Shown here piece by piece: positions 47,468 to 53,911 of a stretch of 64,000 nt of DNA (position 1 is its first letter; the number at the start of each line of letters is the position of its first letter). This DNA comes from an uncultured bacterium (GTDB taxonomy: Bacteria > Omnitrophota > Omnitrophia > Omnitrophales > Aquincolibacteriaceae): the NCBI GenBank assembly GCA_964606385.1, contig CAZSFZ010000001.1:136304-200303 (forward strand), given 5' to 3'. The position numbers and the translations under genes are program-made. Under the pieces are notes generated by a model. That model was not told the origin of the DNA. It saw only the letters and a list, made by a program, of their open reading frames with translations, and ran no database searches.

Positions 47468-48399
47468 TGGATCGCTCCTTGGTTAAAAAGATAAAGCAAA
47501 ACAGCTTTTTGAATATGCAGCCGGTTCTCGGCCTCGTCGAACACGACGCAGTTCTTGCTTTCCATCACATCGTTCGTGATCTCTTCGCCCCGGTGTGCCG
47601 GCAGGCAATGCATCACAAGCGCGTCTTTCTTCGCATGCGCGAGAAGCGCCTTATTGATCTGCATGCCCTTGAAATCCTTAAGCTTTTTCTTCCGCATCGA
47701 TTCTTCGCCCATGCTGACCCACACATCCGTGTAGATCGCGTCGGCATCCTTCACGGCCTTCGCGGGATCCGAAAATCCTTCGATCACGGCGCCGGTCTTT
47801 TTGGCAATCTGTTTGGCGAGCGCCAAGAGCTTGGGCTTCGGCTGGTATTTCTTGGGCGTCGCGTACCGAATCTTCGCGCCCAATTTCGCGGCTACAAGCA
47901 TCAGCGAATGCAGGACATTATTCCCATCGCCCACGAAAGCAAGCACGGGGTCCTTCTCCGCCGGGATTTTTTCATAAAGCGTCATGTAATCGGCAAGCGC
48001 CTGGCACGGATGCTCGAGATCGCTTAAACCGTTGATCACGGGTTTCTCGAAATAGTCCTGGAATTCGGTAATGGTCCAATGCGAAAAGGTCCTCATCACG
48101 ACTCCCGAAAGATACCGCGACAGCACGCGCGCGACATCGCGCACTTCTTCCCGGACGCCGAGCTTGATGTCCTCGGGCCCGAGATAGATCACGCCGCCGC
48201 CCATCGAATAAATGCCGGCCTGAAAAGACACCCAGGTCCGCGTCGAGGGCTTCTCAAAAATGAACCCGAAGATATGGCCTTCGAGCGCGTCCCGGACTTC
48301 CTGGGGACGGGCCTTGACCTTGGCCGCGAGCTCCATGATCTTGCGGATTTCTTCGGAGCTGAGATCGTTCACTGAGATCAATGATTTGAACATGCGCAA
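47464..48399 (-). CDS. argF: ornithine carbamoyltransferase
   Basis: It has STRTR, HCLP and about 310 aa. The start may be M3 (48393). Confidence 0.85.
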   Translation of the reverse strand: MRMFKSLISVNDLSSEEIRKIMELAAKVKARPQEVRDALEGHIFGFIFEKPSTRTWVSFQAGIYSMGGGVIYLGPEDIKLGVREEVRDVARVLSRYLSGVVMRTFSHWTITEFQDYFEKPVINGLSDLEHPCQALADYMTLYEKIPAEKDPVLAFVGDGNNVLHSLMLVAAKLGAKIRYATPKKYQPKPKLLALAKQIAKKTGAVIEGFSDPAKAVKDADAIYTDVWVSMGEESMRKKKLKDFKGMQINKALLAHAKKDALVMHCLPAHRGEEITNDVMESKNCVVFDEAENRLHIQKAVLLYLFNQGAIQ

Positions 48400-49598
48400 C
48401 CTTCACTTTTCTTTGAGAGTTTCATAAAAACGTTGTCGAGGATCTTCATGCCGTGTTTGATCTCTTTGGCCGAGACCGTCATCGGCGGCATGACCCTCAG
48501 GATATCTCCTTGCGTCGCGTTGATCAGAAGCCCCTGCTCGCGGGCTTCCGTCGCGTAAGGCGCGGAAGGTTCCTTGAGCTTCAGGCCCCGCATGAGCCCT
48601 ACGCCGCGCGTGCTATCGATCACGGAATACTTGGCCTTGAGCTTCTGGAATTCCTGCTCCAGCAGCTCTCCCATCCGGACCGTATTCGTAAGAAGTTTTT
48701 CCTTTTTGATCGCCTTGAAGACCGCGAGGCTCGCCGCGCACACAAGCGGGTTCCCGCCGTAGGTCGAGCCATGCATCCCGGCCACGAGCACTTCACGCGT
48801 GATCTTCCGGCTGATCAGAAAAGCCCCGATCGGCGTTCCGCCGCCCAAGGTCTTCGCGAGCGTCATGATATCGGGTTCGATCCCGTAATGCTGGTAAGCG
48901 AACATCTTGCCCGTACGCCCCATCCCGGTTTGCACTTCATCCAGAATAAGAAGCATGTCTTTTTCGTCGCAAAGTTTCCGGAGGCCTTGCATAAATTCTT
49001 GTGTCGCCACCGAAACACCGCCCTCGCCCTGGATCGGCTCGAGCATGACCGCGATGGTCTTGTCAGTCACAAGCTTTTTAACCGAATCGAGATCGTTAAA
49101 ATCCGCGTGGAGGAATTTTTCCATGAGCGGTTGAAAACCTTCGTGGAACTTGCCCTGCCCCGTCGCGCGCATGGCGGCAAGCGTCCTGCCATGAAAGGAA
49201 TTCTTCATGGTGATGATCTCGTAACGCCCCGTGTCGCTGCCGTACTTTTTCGCGAATTTGATCGCGCCTTCGTTCGCCTCGGCGCCGCTATTGCAGAAAA
49301 AAACGCGGGACGGAAATGAGGCTTCGACAAGCGTCCGGGCAAGTTCAGCCTGCTTCACGTTCAGGAAATTATTGGCTACATGAAGGATCTTGCGCGCCTG
49401 TTCTTTGACCGCGCTCACGACCCTGGGATGACAGTGACCGATCCCCGAAACAGCCCAGCCCGGGAAAAAATCGAGGTATTCTTTGCCTTCCAGGTCCCAA
49501 ACGCGCGAGCCCTTCCCTTTCACGAGGCATACAGGCACCCGCGTGTAGGTCGGCATCACATATTGATCGTAGAGTTTTTGAACGTCGTTTGTTTTCAT
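48378..49598 (-). CDS. argD: acetylornithine aminotransferase
   Basis: It is a class-III aminotransferase with DEVQTGMGRTG and a PLP-lysine context, at 406 aa. Confidence 0.85.
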   Translation of the reverse strand: MKTNDVQKLYDQYVMPTYTRVPVCLVKGKGSRVWDLEGKEYLDFFPGWAVSGIGHCHPRVVSAVKEQARKILHVANNFLNVKQAELARTLVEASFPSRVFFCNSGAEANEGAIKFAKKYGSDTGRYEIITMKNSFHGRTLAAMRATGQGKFHEGFQPLMEKFLHADFNDLDSVKKLVTDKTIAVMLEPIQGEGGVSVATQEFMQGLRKLCDEKDMLLILDEVQTGMGRTGKMFAYQHYGIEPDIMTLAKTLGGGTPIGAFLISRKITREVLVAGMHGSTYGGNPLVCAASLAVFKAIKKEKLLTNTVRMGELLEQEFQKLKAKYSVIDSTRGVGLMRGLKLKEPSAPYATEAREQGLLINATQGDILRVMPPMTVSAKEIKHGMKILDNVFMKLSKKSEGCACSNH

Positions 49599-49602
49599 AA
49601 TT

Positions 49603-49676
49603 TTAGCGTATAGGGTTTAGGGGATAGGGTATAAAAGGCTTTTCCTAAACCCTATACCCTACCCTCTATCCCCTAA
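49603..49676. repeat. telomere-like palindromic intercistronic repeat element, copy B (argB stop to argD start)
   Basis: The sequence is ttagcgtatagggtttaggggatagggtata-aaaggctttt-cctaaaccctataccctaccctctatcccctaa. There is a 13-bp perfect stem tatagggtttagg/cctaaaccctata. The minus (mRNA-sense) strand reads GGGGATAGAGGGTAGGGTATAGGG, a canonical four-tract G-quadruplex motif. Confidence 0.7.
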
Positions 49677-50527
49677 AGTGTGATTTCCGTCCCGATCCCT
49701 TGATCGGTGAAAATTTCGAGCAAAAGAGCGTGCGTGATGCGGCCGTCGATGATGTGCGCTTTCGGGACCCCGCCCCGGAGCGCGTCAATGCAGGCTTTCA
49801 CTTTGGGGATCATGCCCCCCGAAATAATGCCCTGATCGATCAGTTTCTGTGTGTCGTCCACATGAAGCGAGGGGATCAGCGTCTCGTCATTCGTGTGGTC
49901 CCGCAGGATCCCTTTCACGTTCGTAAGTACCATGAACTTGTGCGTGTTCATCGCCGCCGCGATATTCGCCGCCGCTTCATCCGCATTCACGTTATACATC
50001 TCGCCGTCCGGCCCTTTTCCGACCGGAAAGATCACCGGAATCCGGCCGAATTCCGTCAATTCTTTAAGCGGCACCGTATTCACGGAACTGACATCCCCGA
50101 CAAACCCGATATCTCCGTTTTCGGTGTTCTTCACGACGTTCAAAATCTCCGCGCCGTAGCCCGAAAGCCCGACCGCCGAACCGCCGAGCCGTTCGATATC
50201 ATGAACGATGCTCCGGTTGAGCTCCGCCAGCGTTTCATTGACGACCTCGATCGCCGCCTTGTCCGTCACGCGGAGGCCGTTAATGAACTGGCTCTGGATG
50301 CCTTTCTTCTTCATGTTCTCGGTGATGTATTTCCCGCCGCCATGGATCAGGATCGGCCGGATCCCGACATAGCTCATGAAGACAAGGTCCTGGAGCACCA
50401 TGTCCCGCACTTCCTGATAGGTCAGCGCCGCGCCGCCGTACTTGATGAGAACTTCCTTCCCCCGGAACTTCTGGATATAGGGAAGGGCCTCGATCAGAAC
50501 GTTGGCTTTTTCGATGAGTTTCTGCAT
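49673..50527 (-). CDS. argB: acetylglutamate kinase
   Basis: At 284 aa, it has VLIKYGGAA and the amino-acid kinase fold. Confidence 0.9.
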   Translation of the reverse strand: MQKLIEKANVLIEALPYIQKFRGKEVLIKYGGAALTYQEVRDMVLQDLVFMSYVGIRPILIHGGGKYITENMKKKGIQSQFINGLRVTDKAAIEVVNETLAELNRSIVHDIERLGGSAVGLSGYGAEILNVVKNTENGDIGFVGDVSSVNTVPLKELTEFGRIPVIFPVGKGPDGEMYNVNADEAAANIAAAMNTHKFMVLTNVKGILRDHTNDETLIPSLHVDDTQKLIDQGIISGGMIPKVKACIDALRGGVPKAHIIDGRITHALLLEIFTDQGIGTEITL

Positions 50528-50530
50528 TTT

Positions 50531-51751
50531 TTAAGAGTAGGCCGCGTTGATCAGCACGTATTTCGTCGTGAGATCCGAGGTAATGAACTCCGCCCGGCCG
50601 CGTCCTTTTCCAATCGTCACATCGATCGTGTATTCTTTTTTCTGAAGGATGCGCCGCGCTTTCGGAAGGTTCAGCACCCGAAGCCGTCCCTGGCTTACGA
50701 CCTGCGCGTCCCCGAACCAGATGCTCAGATTGTTCGGATTGAAATCCACGCCGCTCGCGCCGACCGCCGCCGCGATGCGGCCCCAGTTCGGATTCGAACC
50801 CGCGAGCATGGTCTTGAAAAGCATGGAGTTCGCGATCTGCCGCGCCGCGCGTTCCGCGTCCGTAGGCTTTTTCGCTCCCGACACCCGGAGCCGGCATACA
50901 TGCGTTACGCCTTCGCCGTCCACGACCATCTCGTGGGCGATATAGCGCATGACCTCTTCCAGGGTCTCCCGGAACATCCAGTAATCCTTGCCGATCTTGT
51001 GGATCGGAGGGTTCCCCGCTTCGCCGTTCGCGAGGCAAAGCACCATATCGTTCGTGCTCATGTCGTTATCGATCGCCATCTGGTTGAACGTATCATCCGC
51101 CGCGTGGCGCACCGCCCGCCGCAGGAGCGACTTCGTGATCGCGCAATCGGTCGTGATGAAACAAAGCATGGTCGCCATATTGGGGTGCACCATTCCCGCG
51201 CCTTTCGCGCAGGCCGCGATCGTCACTTTTTTGCCGCCCAATTCGACCGACAAGGCGATCTCTTTGCTGGAAAGGTCCGTCGTCAGGATCCCTTTCGCCG
51301 CCCCGTGGCCGCCATTCTCGGAAAGCCGGTTCGCAAGCCTCGGAAGCGCCCGCTTCACGCAGGTGATCGGAAAAGGAACGCCGATGATCCCCGTTTGAGC
51401 GATCAGCACTTCTTGAGGTAACACGTCGAGATATTTCGCCGTCTCCCAGGTGATCTCGTCGACCGCTTTTTTTCCGATCGGACCGTTCAGACAGTTCGCG
51501 TTCCCGCTTGTCCCGATGATCGCGTGATGCTTCGAAGCATGAATGGCCTTCATCGAATAAAGCACCGGCCAAGCTTTTGCGCGATTGGTCGTGAACGTTC
51601 CCGCCGCGACGCACGGCGTCTTGGAATAGATCAGGGAAACGTCGTATTTCTTTTTCTTCTTTTTGATCCCCGCGTGGATGCCGCCCGCGATAAAACCCTT
51701 CGGTGTCGTGACCGAACCGTTCTTTTCTTTCTTCCAAAAAGGTTTCTTCAC
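50531..51751 (-). CDS. argJ: bifunctional glutamate N-acetyltransferase/amino-acid acetyltransferase
   Basis: It has the autoproteolytic site context PNMATMLCFITTD and about 405 aa. The start is GTG (51749-51751), with an AAGGGAGAG Shine-Dalgarno sequence 8 nt upstream. Confidence 0.85.
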   Translation of the reverse strand: MKKPFWKKEKNGSVTTPKGFIAGGIHAGIKKKKKKYDVSLIYSKTPCVAAGTFTTNRAKAWPVLYSMKAIHASKHHAIIGTSGNANCLNGPIGKKAVDEITWETAKYLDVLPQEVLIAQTGIIGVPFPITCVKRALPRLANRLSENGGHGAAKGILTTDLSSKEIALSVELGGKKVTIAACAKGAGMVHPNMATMLCFITTDCAITKSLLRRAVRHAADDTFNQMAIDNDMSTNDMVLCLANGEAGNPPIHKIGKDYWMFRETLEEVMRYIAHEMVVDGEGVTHVCRLRVSGAKKPTDAERAARQIANSMLFKTMLAGSNPNWGRIAAAVGASGVDFNPNNLSIWFGDAQVVSQGRLRVLNLPKARRILQKKEYTIDVTIGKGRGRAEFITSDLTTKYVLINAAYS

Positions 51752-51803
51752 GATACTGCTCTCCCTTTAGTTTTGTGGGTTAGCAGTATCGTACCGCTAA
51801 CCC
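51751..51803 (-). promoter_or_regulatory. argC-argJ intercistronic alternative hairpins that may occlude the argJ start
   Basis: H2 pairs cgatactgct (51751-60) with agcagtatcg (51782-91) as a perfect 10 bp stem enclosing the Shine-Dalgarno sequence, and its 3' arm includes the G of the GTG start. H1 pairs gggttagc (51777-84) with gctaaccc (51796-803) as 8 bp and overlaps H2. Confidence 0.4.
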
Positions 51804-51826
51804 GAAGGTCTTGATTTGAAGCGGTA

Positions 51827-52849
51827 TTAAAGGAGTCCCGCCTCCTCGGGGAATCCAAACCGGATGTTCATGTTTTGCACGGCCTGCCCGGCCGCTCCTT
51901 TGACAAGATTGTCGATCGCCGTGAGGATCACCACGCGTTTCGTTTCCTCCTGCACGCTCACGCCGATATCGCAAAAATTCGTGTGCTGCACGTCTTTCAG
52001 GCACGGGTACTGCCCCGCCGGCTTGACCCGCACAAAAGGCGCCTTCTGGTACGCCGTTTCGAGTGTTTCCCGGATCTTGCTTTCGGTTGCCCTGGCCGTT
52101 GTCTGGGCATAAATCGTCGCGAGAATCCCCCGATTCACCGGCAAAAGATGCGGCACGAACGTGATCTTCACGGGTTTTCCCGCCGCCAGCGAAAGCGTCT
52201 GCTCGATCTCGGGCGTATGTTGGTGTTTATTCACCTTGTAAGCATTGTAGTTCTCGTCCACTTCACAGTAATGCGTCGCGGTCACAAGTTTTTTGCCCGC
52301 GCCGCTCACCCCCGAAGCCGCGTTAATGATGATCGTGGCGGGATCGATCAGTTTTTTCTTCAGAAGCGGGATCAACGCGAGCGAAGGCCCCGTCGGATAA
52401 CATCCCGGATTCGCGATCAGGTCCGCCTTTTTGATCTTTTCCCGGTTGATCTCGCAAAGCCCGTAAACCGCTTTCGAAAGATACTGGGGCGCGACATGGT
52501 TCACGCCGTACCACTTCTCATAGATCTTCCGGTCCTTCAGGCGAAAATCCGCCGAAAGATCGATCACCACCTTGCCGGCCGCGAGGAGCTGTTCCGCCGC
52601 CGTCATGGCTTCCGTATGGGGCAGGCATAAAAAAACCACATCCGCCTTTTTTTTCACCGCGTCAAAGGAATAAGGCGTGATCTCAAGGGCAATATTCTTG
52701 GCGACCGAAGGAAGGATCTCTCGAAGGGCGATGGCTTTTTCCTGCCGGGTGGTCAAGAGAGCGACCTTGGCATGAGGATGGCCCAAGAGAAGCTTTGTCA
52801 GCTCAGCTCCGGTATATCCCGTTGCACCGAGTACCGCACAATTCAGCAT
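51827..52849 (-). CDS. argC: N-acetyl-gamma-glutamyl-phosphate reductase
   Basis: It has VLGATGYTG and the catalytic GCYPT motif. The start is taken at ATG 52847-52849 (MLNCAV), downstream of the predicted transcription start site. The ORF-track start 52927 lies inside the promoter -35. Confidence 0.85.
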   Translation of the reverse strand: MLNCAVLGATGYTGAELTKLLLGHPHAKVALLTTRQEKAIALREILPSVAKNIALEITPYSFDAVKKKADVVFLCLPHTEAMTAAEQLLAAGKVVIDLSADFRLKDRKIYEKWYGVNHVAPQYLSKAVYGLCEINREKIKKADLIANPGCYPTGPSLALIPLLKKKLIDPATIIINAASGVSGAGKKLVTATHYCEVDENYNAYKVNKHQHTPEIEQTLSLAAGKPVKITFVPHLLPVNRGILATIYAQTTARATESKIRETLETAYQKAPFVRVKPAGQYPCLKDVQHTNFCDIGVSVQEETKRVVILTAIDNLVKGAAGQAVQNMNIRFGFPEEAGLL

Positions 52850-52898
52850 GGAATGCACTTTTCTCCTTTTAGTACAATTTAAGGCTAGCGAACTGGGT

Positions 52899-52927
52899 AT
52901 TATAGAAATGGCTCTATCCTTTGTCAA
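52899..52927 (-). promoter_or_regulatory. argC operon promoter (minus strand TTGACA-17-TATAAT)
   Basis: On the plus strand, attata is at 52899-52904 and tgtcaa at 52922-52927. On the minus strand this reads TTGACAaaggatagagccatttcTATAAT. It lies about 45 nt upstream of the argC ATG, which has an AAAGGAGAAAAG Shine-Dalgarno sequence. Confidence 0.65.
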
Positions 52928-53020
52928 TTTAAGAAGTTACGCCAAATTCTCCGGCGAGATATTCCCCGCCCGAATCTTCTCTATCCCCTATGATAGAAAC
53001 CACTTACGGCTATTTCCTTA

Positions 53021-53049
53021 TTGACAGGGCCCGCAAAAACTCCTATCCT
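53021..53049 (+). promoter_or_regulatory. rnc promoter (TTGACA 53021-53026, 17-nt spacer, TATCCT 53044-53049)
   Basis: The pair has consensus spacing and lies divergent from the argC promoter, 94 bp away. The ORF-track 'start' of the extended rnc ORF is the TTG of this -35 hexamer. Confidence 0.55.
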
Positions 53050-53094
53050 TGTCCCTGATCTTTTTTTCTTAACGGGTGACAAGGATTGCCCCCA

Positions 53095-53128
53095 TTTCAA
53101 CTCCGTTGAAATTGATAAGAATTGGAAC
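53095..53128 (+). promoter_or_regulatory. conserved 5'-leader element, copy 1 (rnc leader)
   Basis: The sequence is tttcaactccgttgaaattgataagaattggaac: the palindrome TTTCAAC-N4-GTTGAAA followed by TTGATnnGAATTGG. It ends 13 nt before the rnc ATG. A second copy, about 31/35 identical, sits in the same position relative to the AsmA-like gene start (56417-56449). Confidence 0.6.
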
Positions 53129-53140
53129 TATGGTAGGTGT

Positions 53141-53899
53141 ATGCTGAAACAGAGGTCCTTCCCAGCCCTTCCCAATAAGGGAAGTTTACGTAAGATTCTC
53201 GGATTTCCCGTCAGGTCCCTTGCTCTTTATCGTGCCGCCCTGACACACCCATCCTTTCGTAATGAAAATTTCCGTCTTACCAGGGATTTGGAGGATTTTG
53301 ACCGTTTGGAGTTCCTGGGAGATTCCATCCTGAACGAGGTTATCTGCCAGAAATTATACGAGAAATTTCCCGAGGCAGACGAAGGCATGCTCTCCAAACT
53401 GCGTTCGATCCTTGTTTCGCAAAGGATCCTGAGCCGCATCGCGCAAGCCCTCAAGCTCCAGAACGCGCTCCTGATCAGCAAGAGCCTGCGGCAGAATTTC
53501 AAGGACCTCCTCAAGGCCAAACTTCTCACGGACGCCCTCGAGGCGCTTTTCGCGGCGATTTATTTCGATCGCGGCCGCGCCAAGGTCGAAGCGTTCATTT
53601 TGAAACATTTCAAAACCTATTTTGACCCGAAACTTCTTTTTCGGCTGGATCCGAATCCCAAAAGCACCCTGCAGGAAATGACCTTGAAGCAATGGCAAAA
53701 ACTTCCCGAATACACGCACGCCTTCTCCGAAAAAGGGGTCCGGACCACGGTTTCCGCGGGGGGGAAACGAAAGGCCACGGCCCTTCACAAGATCAAGAGG
53801 GAATCGGAGGTCCTGGCCGCGCGGGCCCTGATCAGGAAATTGAGAAAGGAATTCCGGAAACAAAAAATCCGCGCCCGGACGCGCGGATCAAGATCTTAA
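53141..53899 (+). CDS. rnc: ribonuclease III
   Basis: It has the RNase III signature ERLEFLGDS and a C-terminal dsRBD. The start is taken at ATG 53141. Confidence 0.85.
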   Translation: MLKQRSFPALPNKGSLRKILGFPVRSLALYRAALTHPSFRNENFRLTRDLEDFDRLEFLGDSILNEVICQKLYEKFPEADEGMLSKLRSILVSQRILSRIAQALKLQNALLISKSLRQNFKDLLKAKLLTDALEALFAAIYFDRGRAKVEAFILKHFKTYFDPKLLFRLDPNPKSTLQEMTLKQWQKLPEYTHAFSEKGVRTTVSAGGKRKATALHKIKRESEVLAARALIRKLRKEFRKQKIRARTRGSRS

Positions 53900-53911
53900 G
53901 CCCTTCGAAGA

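Noticed and set aside
46206-49676. Telomere-like TTTAGGG repeats considered as actual telomeric or plasmid-end sequence
   Set aside because: They are two short palindromic elements embedded between cistrons of a chromosomal operon, not terminal arrays.
49700-51421. 573-aa plus-strand ORF spanning argB/argJ antisense
   Set aside because: It is antisense to two clearly identified arg genes and is a typical high-GC shadow ORF.
53021-53140. N-terminal 40-aa extension of rnc in the ORF track (start 53021)
   Set aside because: The 'start' is the TTG of the promoter -35 TTGACA. The extension contains the -10 box and the conserved leader element. The true start is ATG 53141.
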